A stretch of DNA of 64,000 nt from an uncultured Alphaproteobacteria bacterium (GTDB taxonomy: Bacteria > Pseudomonadota > Alphaproteobacteria > CAAHEQ01 > UBA3637). A program made the position numbers and the translations under genes. Shown one piece after another: positions 1 to 8,525 of this stretch (positions are counted from its first letter, which is position 1; every line of letters starts with the position of its first letter). The notes under the pieces were generated by a model, which was given only the letters and a program-made list of their open reading frames with translations, had not been told where the DNA came from and searched no databases. The stretch covers positions 23,126-87,125 of the forward strand of contig CAKPYH010000005.1 in assembly GCA_934202735.1 (NCBI GenBank), written 5' to 3'.

Positions 1-567
1 AAGGCGCGTAAAGGGGCTTTGTTGCCATCGGTGAACGTGAACGGCGCAGTCGGTCGGCAAAAGGAACAGGTGTCCGTCAAGCAATCCGATTATTGGCAAA
101 TCGGGGCTAATCTGACCGTACCGCTGTTCCAGTCGGGCAAAGAATATGCCGATGTGCGTGAAGCCAAACAATTGGAAAACAAGTATCGTATTTTGTGGCA
201 AAAAACGGCACAAGACGTGCGGGCCGAAACAACCGCGGCTTGGGAAAGTTATAATGCCACCCGGGCCCAAATCCAATCCATTGAAAAGCAAATCAAAGCA
301 TCGGAATTGGCTTTGAAAGGCGTGATTCGGGAAGCTAATGTAGGGTCGCGAACGGTGCTGGACGTTCTGGATGCCGAACAAGAACATTTGGATAATCAGG
401 TATCCTTGGTCAAAGCCCACCGGGAAGAAATTGTGTCGGCTTTTACCCTGATGTCTTCTATGGGGCAAATGAACCCGACGGGCCTGGGCTTGGCGGTGGA
501 ACCGTATGATCCCAAGGAATACTATGAATCGGTGAAGAACCGTTGGTTAGGATATCAGATAGACTAG
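1..567 (+). CDS. tolC: TolC-family outer membrane efflux protein, C-terminal part (5' end outside window)
   Basis: Frame 1 is open from nt 1 to TAG 565-567. The translation has long amphipathic helical repeats typical of the TolC C-terminal half (..VLDVLDAEQEHLDNQVSLV..). It lies directly upstream of a DUF2497-like gene, as in many alphaproteobacteria. Confidence 0.7.
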   Translation, partial: KARKGALLPSVNVNGAVGRQKEQVSVKQSDYWQIGANLTVPLFQSGKEYADVREAKQLENKYRILWQKTAQDVRAETTAAWESYNATRAQIQSIEKQIKASELALKGVIREANVGSRTVLDVLDAEQEHLDNQVSLVKAHREEIVSAFTLMSSMGQMNPTGLGLAVEPYDPKEYYESVKNRWLGYQID

Positions 568-575
568 GATATATC

Positions 576-1037
576 ATGGAAGATCAAGAACCGCAAGAAG
601 TACCGATGGAACAGGTGTTGGACGAGATTCGTCATATGTTGATGACGGATACCCGGTTGACATCGGAACGGTCATTATCGCAAGGGCCCGACACCGAAAC
701 CGAAACGCAATCATCGGTGCGGACGGTTCAGGCACTCTCCGAAGGGGAGAAGTCGGAAATACGCGAACCGGTTTTTGATCTGCCGGCTTACTTTTTGCTG
801 ACACCCGAGATGCGGTGCGATGATCCGATGGCTTCTCCGACCCCGAATCAGACGGGGGTCAGTGGTGGTACGGCAACGCCTCAAACGGATGTTGTGCATG
901 CACGGACTCGTCAGATTTTGAACCGGTTGCAAGCCGCCGGCCCCGATATGCCCGTATCGCCCGAATTGGAACGGTGGCTGCAATCCCATTTACCGGCATT
1001 GGTGGAAAAAATTATTGCAGAAAAAATGCCGAAATAA
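576..1037 (+). CDS. DUF2497-like acidic protein
   Basis: ATG 576 lies just after the tolC stop. The N-terminus MEDQEP..MEQVLDEIRHML and C-terminal helix ELERWLQSHLPALVEKIIAEKM resemble the conserved ends of DUF2497 proteins, with a low-complexity middle. The ORF-track start at 543 overlaps tolC and was not used. Confidence 0.5.
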   Translation: MEDQEPQEVPMEQVLDEIRHMLMTDTRLTSERSLSQGPDTETETQSSVRTVQALSEGEKSEIREPVFDLPAYFLLTPEMRCDDPMASPTPNQTGVSGGTATPQTDVVHARTRQILNRLQAAGPDMPVSPELERWLQSHLPALVEKIIAEKMPK

Positions 1038-1038
1038 A

Positions 1039-1067
1039 TTGATTTTTTATCGGAAATAGGGTATAGT
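1039..1067 (+). promoter_or_regulatory. sigma70-type promoter TTGATT-17-TATAGT upstream of proS
   Basis: -35 at 1039-1044, exact 17-nt spacer, -10 at 1062-1067, 27 nt before the proS ATG. Confidence 0.5.
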
Positions 1068-1094
1068 ATACCATTATTTATGAAAGGATCATCC

Positions 1095-2807
1095 ATGCGT
1101 CAATCAAAATTGATTTCCAAAAAGCACAAAGAAAAACCGGCTGAAGCCCAACTGATTAGCCATATTTACCTGTTGCGCGGGGGGTATGTACGCCCAGTGT
1201 CCAACGGGATTTATTCTTTGTTGCCGCCGGCGTGGCGTATTCAATCCAAGATTGAAGCCATCATTCGGGATGAAATGAATAAAATTGACGGTCAGGAAGT
1301 AAAGATGCCGGTTGTTCTACCGCGTGAGTTGTGGGAAGAATCGGGGCGTTGGGGAACAGTTGAAAATGAATTACTGCGTTTTAAGGATCGCAGCAATCAT
1401 GATATGTTGTTGGCGATGACCCACGAAGAAGCCGTAACGGCTTTGGCCCGCACCGAAGTGATCAGTTATAAAGAATATCCGTTTATGCTGTATCAGATTC
1501 ACACAAAGTTTCGTGATGAAGCCCGTTCACGCGGGGGGTTGATCCGGACTCGTGAGTTTACGATGAAAGATGCGTATTCTTTCCATACATCAGAAGCGGA
1601 TATGGATGCGTATTATAATCGGTGTGCGGCGGCTTATCATGCCATTTTTCGCCGTTGCGGTGTCCCCCAGGTTGTCTCTATTCAATCCGATTCCGGTATG
1701 ATGGGGGGTAAAGTGGCACATGAGTATCAATTACTCACCGATGCCGGGGAAGACCGTGTGATTGTGTGTGATCACTGTCAAACTTATGCGAATGCAGAAG
1801 TGGCAACGGCGGCTTATCCGGCCGAACGGGAAGACCTGTTGCCTTTGACGGAGATTGCAACACCGGGGGCTAAAACGATTGAAGATTTGACACGCTTTAC
1901 CGGGGCCTCGGCGACCAAGATGGCCAAAATGGTGTTTTATACCACCGAAAAAGGGCAAACCGTTGCCGTTATTATTCGGGGAGACTTGGAAGTCAACGAA
2001 TGTAAACTGGCTAAAATACTGAAATGCTTGTTTAATTTTGCATCCGATGATGAAGTTTACGGTGTCGGGGCCGTGCCGGGGTTTGCAAACGGTATGGGGC
2101 TGACTTGTCCGGTGTATGCGGATACATCCGTAGCTAATGGTTTTAACCTGATTTGCGGGGCGAATAAAGAAGGGTATCATTTGAAGAACTTTAACCTGTC
2201 GCGTGATGTGCCGGGGGCGATTGTGGTGGATATTGCAACGGCTCGGGGCGGAGACACTTGTCCGACATGCGGGGGCAAATTGCGTTTATCCCGCGGGATA
2301 GAAGTCGGCAATATCTTCAAATTGGGTAAAAAATACACCGAATCTATGCACATGACTTATACCGATGAAAAGGGACAAGATCAGACCCCTGTGATGGCTT
2401 GTTATGGGATAGGGGTCGGTCGGTTGTTGGCCGCGGTGATAGAAGCCCGTCATGATGAGTATGGCCCTATTTGGCCGATGTCTATTGCGCCGTGGCAGGT
2501 ACAGTTAAATGTGATGGGCCTGACCAATCCGGACATTGCTCGGACGGCCGAAACGCTGTATGCGGATTTGGAACGGGCCGGTGTGGAAGTGCTGTACGAT
2601 GATCGGGGATTATCTGCCGGTGTGCAGTTTGCCGAAGCCGATTTAACCGGGATACCGTTGCGGATTATTGTGGCTCCGCGGGCGTTTGCTTCGGGGCAAG
2701 TGGAATATAAAATCCGGGGTACGGACGAAAAAGGCTTGATCGCGATTGCCGATGTGGTGGATTTTGTCAAGCGCCGGATTGCCACGGAAATGGAACAATA
2801 CAAGTAA
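1095..2807 (+). CDS. proS: prolyl-tRNA synthetase
   Basis: MRQSKLIS.. aligns with the E. coli ProRS N-terminus MRTSQYLL. Class II motif 2 is present (FRDEARSRGGLIRTREFTMKDAYSFH). AAAGGA SD precedes ATG 1095; the in-frame ATG 1080 is an alternative start. Confidence 0.95.
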   Translation: MRQSKLISKKHKEKPAEAQLISHIYLLRGGYVRPVSNGIYSLLPPAWRIQSKIEAIIRDEMNKIDGQEVKMPVVLPRELWEESGRWGTVENELLRFKDRSNHDMLLAMTHEEAVTALARTEVISYKEYPFMLYQIHTKFRDEARSRGGLIRTREFTMKDAYSFHTSEADMDAYYNRCAAAYHAIFRRCGVPQVVSIQSDSGMMGGKVAHEYQLLTDAGEDRVIVCDHCQTYANAEVATAAYPAEREDLLPLTEIATPGAKTIEDLTRFTGASATKMAKMVFYTTEKGQTVAVIIRGDLEVNECKLAKILKCLFNFASDDEVYGVGAVPGFANGMGLTCPVYADTSVANGFNLICGANKEGYHLKNFNLSRDVPGAIVVDIATARGGDTCPTCGGKLRLSRGIEVGNIFKLGKKYTESMHMTYTDEKGQDQTPVMACYGIGVGRLLAAVIEARHDEYGPIWPMSIAPWQVQLNVMGLTNPDIARTAETLYADLERAGVEVLYDDRGLSAGVQFAEADLTGIPLRIIVAPRAFASGQVEYKIRGTDEKGLIAIADVVDFVKRRIATEMEQYK

Positions 2808-2825
2808 ACGCATATCACAATCATA

Positions 2826-2857
2826 ACGGGGAGGGATTCATGCCTCCCCGTTTTTTT
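2826..2857. terminator. bidirectional intrinsic terminator between proS and comF
   Basis: ACGGGGAGG-loop-CCTCCCCGT hairpin followed by a T7 run on the plus strand. It lies between convergent genes. Confidence 0.7.
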
Positions 2858-3596
2858 ATTTCAAGACCCGATAAACGGTTAAGGCCCGAACTTCCCGTGC
2901 ACCGGCCCGTTTTAGGGTGCGGGCACAGGCATTCAATGTGGCTCCGGTTGTCATCACATCATCTACCACCAAGATTCGCCGGCCCCGGATTTTCTCCGGC
3001 CGGACAACCGCAAACGCACCCCGGACATTTTTCTCGCGTTGCCGATGATGCAGGTGGCCTTGGCTTGGGGTCCGCCGCACGCGTTTCAACAGGCACGGCT
3101 CAAACGGAATCTGCTTTATGCGTCCCAAGCCTTGGGCGAGCAGGCCGGCCTGATTATATGTCCGCTTCAAGCGACGTGTCCAATGCAGGGGGACGGGAAT
3201 AATCATATCAATGTCGTGAAATATAGCGGGATCGGCTTGGGCCAACAGGCGCACAAACAGTGGAGCCAATTCAGTTTTATCACCGTGTTTCAGGGCTAAA
3301 ATCGGTTGTTTGGAGAAATCATCGTAAATCAAGACGGAACGGGCCCGATCAAATGCCGGCTTCTTTTGCAAACAGGCCCCGCACACGGGCGAATCCAACG
3401 GTGTATATTCAAACGGCCGACCGCATCGGGTACAACACGGGCGTGTGATAAAGACTAATCGGGCATAGCACTCGGGACAGAATGTGTGGGCACATTCGGT
3501 TTCCCGGTGGCAAATCGGACATGTAGGCGGACAAATCCAATTCAAAATCATTTCTCCGATTTGTCCTAATATCTTCATTTTTACTTGCAATCTCAT
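2856..3596 (-). CDS. comF: ComF-family protein (phosphoribosyltransferase domain)
   Basis: N-terminal 4-Cys finger (CPPTCPIC..CPEC) and further CxxC pairs. C-terminal PRTase motif ILVVDDVMTTGATL. Confidence 0.8.
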   Translation of the reverse strand: MRLQVKMKILGQIGEMILNWICPPTCPICHRETECAHTFCPECYARLVFITRPCCTRCGRPFEYTPLDSPVCGACLQKKPAFDRARSVLIYDDFSKQPILALKHGDKTELAPLFVRLLAQADPAIFHDIDMIIPVPLHWTRRLKRTYNQAGLLAQGLGRIKQIPFEPCLLKRVRRTPSQGHLHHRQREKNVRGAFAVVRPEKIRGRRILVVDDVMTTGATLNACARTLKRAGAREVRALTVYRVLK

Positions 3597-3639
3597 GGTG
3601 GACAGTATATATTATCCAGGATACAAAAGGCAAGAAAAA

Positions 3640-4392
3640 ATGACGGACAGTATTTTGAAACGAGAAAATGGTATTCCGATTGCTTATACGTTTGAACGGG
3701 GCAGTCGCCCTTTGTGTGTGGTCTACCTGCACGGATGGACGGCTCAACGTCATAGTCCCAAAGGAGAGGCCGTCGCCCATGTGGCCCGAGCGCGGGATTG
3801 TTGCTTTTTATCTTTGGATTACACGGCGCACGGAGAATCCGGGGGACAACCGGCGGATTTTACCGTGGGGCAGGGTATTCAAGATGTGCAAGATGTGATT
3901 ACGGCTACGGCGGGGGATATGCCATTGGTGTTTGTGGGCAACTCTATCGGCGGGTGGATAGGCCTGTGGTTGGCGGAGAGCCTGCCGCAAACACGGGGAT
4001 TTGTTGGATTAGCCCCGGCACCGGATATCACCGAATATGTCTGGAAAACGCTGCTCTCGGATGAAGCCCGTGCCGCGTTGGAACGGGGGCAGATTATCGG
4101 TCCGTCCTCCGAAACGCAAGGCTTTTGTTTAACACCCGATGTTTTTGCCGATGGGCGGGCGCATCAGATGTTGAATCGACCGATCCGGTTTAATGGCCCT
4201 GTTCATTTGGTTTTGGGGGATCACGATGAACGCGTAGAGTGGGCCCGCCTGTTGAAAATAAAAGATATGTTGACATCATCGCATGTGGCTTTAACCCTGA
4301 TGAAAGGGGCCAATCATCATTTATCGCGCGAGACGGATTTACGGGCCGTTCAGGCCCTTGTGTCGGATATGGTGGAGAATGTTTTATCATGA
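3640..4392 (+). CDS. alpha/beta-fold hydrolase
   Basis: VVYLHGW oxyanion region, GNSIGG nucleophile elbow (G-x-S-x-G), C-terminal GANHHL. ATG 3640 was chosen because the longer ORF-track start would overlap comF. Confidence 0.7.
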   Translation: MTDSILKRENGIPIAYTFERGSRPLCVVYLHGWTAQRHSPKGEAVAHVARARDCCFLSLDYTAHGESGGQPADFTVGQGIQDVQDVITATAGDMPLVFVGNSIGGWIGLWLAESLPQTRGFVGLAPAPDITEYVWKTLLSDEARAALERGQIIGPSSETQGFCLTPDVFADGRAHQMLNRPIRFNGPVHLVLGDHDERVEWARLLKIKDMLTSSHVALTLMKGANHHLSRETDLRAVQALVSDMVENVLS

Positions 4393-4883
4393 AACAAAAA
4401 GAGGTTTTCAAAAGGGCCGGTCGGTTGTTCTTTTTATTGTTCTTGACGAACTTGGTCGGCTATGTGGGCAGTACATTCATAACCCCCGCCGGATTGGCTT
4501 GGTATGATACTTTGGTGGTATCGTCTCTGAATCCGCCGGCCGTTTGGTTTGGCATTGTGTGGACCGGTCTGTATGCTGCTATGGCGATTGCCGGGTGGTT
4601 GGTTTGGAATCGCGTCAGCCCGCGTCCTTTTGTGATTCAACTGGCCTTTAATTTGATTTGGCCGTTTTTGTTCTTTTATATGAAAAGCCCCGTGTGGGCC
4701 TTGGCCGACATCGGGTTGATGCTTTTCTTTTTGGGACGGACGGTGCGGGCCTTTTATCCTGTATCCCGGCCGGCCGGATGGCTGATGGTTTTGCCTCTGA
4801 TATGGAGCCTGTTTGCCGCTTATCTGAACCTGATTGTCGTATTGTATAACACGCAAATCGGGATATGGCTGGGCCTGATTTAA
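4389..4883 (+). CDS. tspO: TspO/MBR family tryptophan-rich sensory protein
   Basis: Five hydrophobic segments that are Trp-rich (WYDTL..NPP..VWTGLYAAMAIAGWLVW..LAFNLIWPFLFF). ATGA start/stop overlap with the upstream hydrolase. Confidence 0.85.
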   Translation: MKQKEVFKRAGRLFFLLFLTNLVGYVGSTFITPAGLAWYDTLVVSSLNPPAVWFGIVWTGLYAAMAIAGWLVWNRVSPRPFVIQLAFNLIWPFLFFYMKSPVWALADIGLMLFFLGRTVRAFYPVSRPAGWLMVLPLIWSLFAAYLNLIVVLYNTQIGIWLGLI

Positions 4884-4889
4884 TGACGG

Positions 4890-5339
4890 CTAAATTTGCG
4901 AATCAAAGGTAATGTTGTTGGTATCGCCGGTACAGGAATTAGTTGACCTCCACGAAACATTGACCCACTTCATACTTTGCAGTTGTTGACAAGGGGATTT
5001 GGGAACACCGTTGACCGTAATGGTAAAACCATCGTCATTTTTGGCGGCAACAACCATAGCACCCAACGGCGTTTCTACCTTGATTTGGCCATTTTCGTAT
5101 GTCCCCCCTAAAGTGATGGCCAGGTCTTGTGTGAGTTGTTCCGGATACGCCCGTCTCCAGGAATAGCGATCGGATACATCGCTGGCAGCGTTTTCAATAC
5201 GGGAATACAAGTTAGTGGCCTGATACGATCGCATACCGAATTGAACGACGGATGCGGCACCGATGGTCAAAACGCCGACAATACATAAAACGCCCAACAT
5301 TTCAACCATGCTGCGACCGGATTCATTGATGATGTTCAT
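4890..5339 (-). CDS. type IV pilin-like protein (prepilin-type N-terminus)
   Basis: MNIINESG|RSMVEMLGVLCIVGVLTIGAAS: a Gly cleavage site with Glu at +5 and a hydrophobic helix. The C-terminal Cys pair (SPC...NSC) resembles a pilin D-region. AAGGAG SD lies 8 nt upstream. Confidence 0.7.
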   Translation of the reverse strand: MNIINESGRSMVEMLGVLCIVGVLTIGAASVVQFGMRSYQATNLYSRIENAASDVSDRYSWRRAYPEQLTQDLAITLGGTYENGQIKVETPLGAMVVAAKNDDGFTITVNGVPKSPCQQLQSMKWVNVSWRSTNSCTGDTNNITFDSQI

Positions 5340-6030
5340 GTGTGTTCTCCTTTAATGTTAAATAAGTCCAAACCCCCGTTTGATGCAAGATGTCTTGCGC
5401 TTGTTCGGCACGGGGGCCTGATTGGATTTTTGATAATTCTTTTTGTTGACGGGTGCGGGATACATGACGGAGACCCGGGGCAAAGCGGGGAAACAGATTC
5501 AGAATATCGTTATCCGGGTCTTTCCCGCCATAACCGGCCCAAAACCGTACATACCGTAAGATCCGCAGGGGATCTTGTGCCAACCGTGTGGCCGGATCGC
5601 CGATAAAGCGGATTGTTCGCGCCTGTAAATCCGCTTGTCCGTTATGATAATCATACAAAGTGCCCGCCCGATCCAAAGACAGGGCATTGACGGTAAAATC
5701 GCGCCGAACAGAATCCAAACGATAATCGTCAATAAAAACAATACGTTCACCGCGAGATGTGTATATGTCTTGACGCAACGTGGTTATTTCAAAAGACGTG
5801 CCGTCCACGGTTGCTTGAATCACACCATGTGCGGGTGCCACAGATCGCACGGGTATACCGGCCCGAATCAGTCGATCGGTTGCTTGATTCGGGGGCAAGG
5901 GGGTGGCTATGTCGGTATCATCCGGGGTTTTGTTCAAAAGAAAATCACGGACACACCCGCCCACCAGGCGCATTTGTCCCTGCAATGCCTGTTCAATTTT
6001 CAGTACCCGGGGTGTCCATAACGTGTTCAT
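5323..6030 (-). CDS. short class II nucleotidyltransferase (CCA-adding / poly(A) polymerase family), head-neck only
   Basis: GGCVRDFLL, DTDIAT, RRDFTVNAL and DPLRILRYVRF motifs. The start was set at ATG 6030 (MNTLW..), because the 408-aa ORF-track version runs antisense through rnd. The product is about 235 aa. Confidence 0.75.
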   Translation of the reverse strand: MNTLWTPRVLKIEQALQGQMRLVGGCVRDFLLNKTPDDTDIATPLPPNQATDRLIRAGIPVRSVAPAHGVIQATVDGTSFEITTLRQDIYTSRGERIVFIDDYRLDSVRRDFTVNALSLDRAGTLYDYHNGQADLQARTIRFIGDPATRLAQDPLRILRYVRFWAGYGGKDPDNDILNLFPRFAPGLRHVSRTRQQKELSKIQSGPRAEQAQDILHQTGVWTYLTLKENTHEHHQ

Positions 6031-6057
6031 AATATCTCTATGATACCAACTTATGCC

Positions 6058-6086
6058 TTGCATTTCAAGAAAAAAAAGAGTATAAT
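6058..6086 (+). promoter_or_regulatory. sigma70-type promoter TTGCAT-17-TATAAT; -10 ends 7 nt before the rnd ATG (leaderless candidate)
   Basis: -35 at 6058-6063, 17-nt spacer, -10 at 6081-6086, then CCCAAAA and ATG 6094. No SD is present. Confidence 0.5.
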
Positions 6087-6093
6087 CCCAAAA

Positions 6094-7257
6094 ATGATTA
6101 TTACAGAGACTGCCGTATTGACCGAATTGTGCCACCGGTTGGCACAATTTCCCTATATTACATTGGATACCGAATTTATCCGCGAACGCACGTATTATCC
6201 CGAATTGTGCCTGATACAAGTGGCCGGACCCGGGGTGGAAGCCTGTATTGATCCTTTGGCACCGGGGTTGGATATGACGGCCTTGTTTGACCTGTTGCAA
6301 AATCCGGCCGTGGTGAAAGTTTTTCATGCCGCCCGTCAAGATGTGGAAATTTTTTACCACTTGACGGGACGTATTCCGACCCCCTTGTTTGATACGCAGG
6401 TGGCCGCTATGGTGTGCGGTTATGGGGATAATGTGGGCTATCAACAACTGGTTCGCGATATAACGGGTGTGGTATTGGATAAATCCATGCGTTTTACGGA
6501 TTGGAGCCGCCGACCCTTGAACACTGAACAGGTGGCTTATGCGCTGCATGATGTAACTTATCTGCGTGATGTGTACACGGCATTAGATAAACAATTACAT
6601 GACACGGGACGTGGGGATTGGCTGACGGAAGAAATTGCGGTGCAAAATGATCCGAAAACGTACGAAACCGATGATAATGAAGTGTGGCGCAAAATTAAAA
6701 TCCCGTTCAAAAAGCCGTTGCAAACGCATGTGTTTGCCCGTTTATGTGCCTGGCGGGAACGGACGGCCAAGCGCAAGAACTGTCCCCGCAAGCATGTTGT
6801 GAAGGATGATGCGTTGATAGAATTAGCCTTGATGATGCCGCAAACGGCGGCAGATATGGAAAAGTGCCGTAATCTGCCCAAGGGGTTCGGCAACAGTGCT
6901 TATGGGCGTGAGATTTTGGCGGTTGTGGCGGCGGCGCGACAGGATACGCCGGATTGCTACCCCAAAAATTGGGAGAGTCCTCATCCGTTGACCGCCGCGC
7001 AGCATGCATTGGCCGAGCTATTACACTTGTTGTTGGTCATTGTGGCGACTGATCTGGGGGTGGCTCCCCGCATTCTTGCATCGGCGGACGAGTTAAAACA
7101 ACTGGCTCGGGGGGAAGATGACGTCCCCTGTATGCACGGGTGGCGACGAGACGTGTTTGGTGAAAAAGTGGTTCGCTTTCGGCGGGGAAAACTGGCGTTC
7201 GGTTATGATTGTGCCGGGCGTAAACCACGCTTGATTGAAACCGAGAATGATCAATAA
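6094..7257 (+). CDS. rnd: ribonuclease D
   Basis: MIITETAVLTELCHRLAQFPYITLDTEFIRERTYYPELCLIQV parallels the E. coli RNase D N-terminus. DEDD exonuclease motifs are present (LDTEF, HAARQD, YALHDV), followed by an HRDC-like region. Confidence 0.9.
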   Translation: MIITETAVLTELCHRLAQFPYITLDTEFIRERTYYPELCLIQVAGPGVEACIDPLAPGLDMTALFDLLQNPAVVKVFHAARQDVEIFYHLTGRIPTPLFDTQVAAMVCGYGDNVGYQQLVRDITGVVLDKSMRFTDWSRRPLNTEQVAYALHDVTYLRDVYTALDKQLHDTGRGDWLTEEIAVQNDPKTYETDDNEVWRKIKIPFKKPLQTHVFARLCAWRERTAKRKNCPRKHVVKDDALIELALMMPQTAADMEKCRNLPKGFGNSAYGREILAVVAAARQDTPDCYPKNWESPHPLTAAQHALAELLHLLLVIVATDLGVAPRILASADELKQLARGEDDVPCMHGWRRDVFGEKVVRFRRGKLAFGYDCAGRKPRLIETENDQ

Positions 7258-7311
7258 GTCCGGGAAAGCACGGGCGATCAAAGAAAAATGCCGACACAGG
7301 ATAAAAAATGC

Positions 7312-7340
7312 TTGACATTTCGGGCAAAAACGAGTATGAT
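7312..7340 (+). promoter_or_regulatory. sigma70-type promoter TTGACA-17-TATGAT upstream of tRNA-Trp/secE/nusG
   Basis: -35 at 7312-7317, 17-nt spacer, -10 at 7335-7340. Confidence 0.6.
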
Positions 7341-7396
7341 AACCTGTCTGAAAGTTTTTCGGGGTGTGATATTTTCCCGAAAGATATAAGGAAATT

Positions 7397-7472
7397 AGGG
7401 GCATAGCTCAACTGGTAGAGCGTCGGTCTCCAAAACCGAAGGCCGTGGGTTCGATTCCTACTGCCCCTGCCA
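7397..7472 (+). tRNA. trnW: tRNA-Trp (anticodon CCA)
   Basis: Hand-folded cloverleaf. Acceptor AGGGGCA/TGCCCCT, anticodon loop CTCCAAA, T-loop TTCGATT, encoded 3' CCA. Classic position before secE-nusG. Confidence 0.95.
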
Positions 7473-7483
7473 AAAGAAAAGGA

Positions 7484-7678
7484 ATGAAAATGAAAGTATC
7501 GCCGGCTTTATTTGTTCGTCAAGTTAAACAGGAAGTATCCAAAATTACATGGCCGACCCGGACCGAAACGATGCAAGGGACGGTCTCTGTGTTGGTGATT
7601 TGTGCTATTTTGGCGGTGTTCTTGTTTGTGGTTGACTTTGTGTTTGCCGGGGCCATCAACCGGGTTATTGGAGGATAA
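7484..7678 (+). CDS. secE: preprotein translocase subunit SecE
   Basis: Small protein with ..EVSKITWPTR.E followed by one TM helix. Position between tRNA-Trp and nusG. ATG 7484 (or 7490) was preferred because the ORF-track start overlaps the tRNA. Confidence 0.85.
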   Translation: MKMKVSPALFVRQVKQEVSKITWPTRTETMQGTVSVLVICAILAVFLFVVDFVFAGAINRVIGG

Positions 7679-7687
7679 AACACGATC

Positions 7688-8212
7688 ATGCGTTGGTATG
7701 TGATTCATACATATTCGGGATTTGAAAGCAAGATTGCCGACTTTATCAAGGAACAGGCGGCTAAAAAAGGGTTGTCGCATCAGGTGGCCGAAGTTTTGGT
7801 GCCTCAGGAAGATGTGGTGTCCGTACGCGGTGGAACCAAGGTGACGCAAAAGCACAAGTTCTTGCCCGGCTATGTGTTGATTAAAATGGAAATGAATGAG
7901 GCTACATGGTACCTGGTGAACGGAACCCCTAAGGTAACGGGCTTTTTGGGCGGTAAGAAGCCGACCCCGATCACCGAAGCCGAAGCTATGCGTATTTTGA
8001 ACCAGGTGCAGGAAGGTACGGAACAAGGACGGGCATCGGCAACCTATGTTGTGGGTGAAACGGTACGTGTTGTGGATGGTCCGTTTGCATCGTTTGTGGG
8101 GACGGTTGAAAATGTAGATGCCGAAAAAGAACGCCTGAAAGTATTGGTGTCTATTTTTGGTCGGGCAACGCCGGTGGATTTGGACTACGTACAGGTTAAA
8201 AAGGAAGGATAA
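7688..8212 (+). CDS. nusG: transcription termination/antitermination factor NusG
   Basis: [13 protein letters not shown].. NGN domain and KOW motif [22 protein letters not shown]. Confidence 0.95.
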   Translation: MRWYVIHTYSGFESKIADFIKEQAAKKGLSHQVAEVLVPQEDVVSVRGGTKVTQKHKFLPGYVLIKMEMNEATWYLVNGTPKVTGFLGGKKPTPITEAEAMRILNQVQEGTEQGRASATYVVGETVRVVDGPFASFVGTVENVDAEKERLKVLVSIFGRATPVDLDYVQVKKEG

Positions 8213-8213
8213 T

Positions 8214-8405
8214 ATGCTGAATTTGATTTTTTTACAGGAAGATGATGTGTTGTCGGAACAGGCGGCCGAACAAGATGAATTACCGCAATTAAAGAAAAAA
8301 GATAAGCCGACACCGGCCAAGCATGTTTGTAAATGTGGCGGTAAATGCGGTCAGAATTGCAAATGCCGGTTAGCGGCCGAACGTGCAGCGCGGCAGCGGG
8401 CGTAA
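8214..8405 (+). CDS. hypothetical 63-aa Cys-rich protein (candidate, unverified)
   Basis: ATG lies 1 nt after the nusG stop (TAATATG), with AAGGAAGGA immediately upstream. Acidic N-terminus, Lys-rich middle, then CKCGGKCGQNCKC. No homolog recognised. Confidence 0.4.
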   Translation: MLNLIFLQEDDVLSEQAAEQDELPQLKKKDKPTPAKHVCKCGGKCGQNCKCRLAAERAARQRA

Positions 8406-8525
8406 TCAAAATTCGGTCAAGGGGCAAAACCGATTCGGACCTTTGACTGTTGTGGCGGATGAGCCATCATCGGACCACGAAACTTCAAAAGGAATCGGGC
8501 GATTATATTTTATAGAGGTTATAAA

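Noticed and set aside
2840-3202. 120-aa plus-strand ORF
   Set aside because: It is antisense to comF, whose zinc-finger and PRTase motifs identify the real frame.
5323-6549. Full 408-aa minus-strand ORF for the nucleotidyltransferase
   Set aside because: The first 173 codons run antisense through the well-supported rnd gene and show no NTase similarity. The conserved domain begins right after ATG 6030.
7508-8320. 270-aa minus-strand ORF
   Set aside because: It is antisense to secE and nusG, which are clearly real. The sequence is low-complexity with no SD, so it is a shadow ORF.
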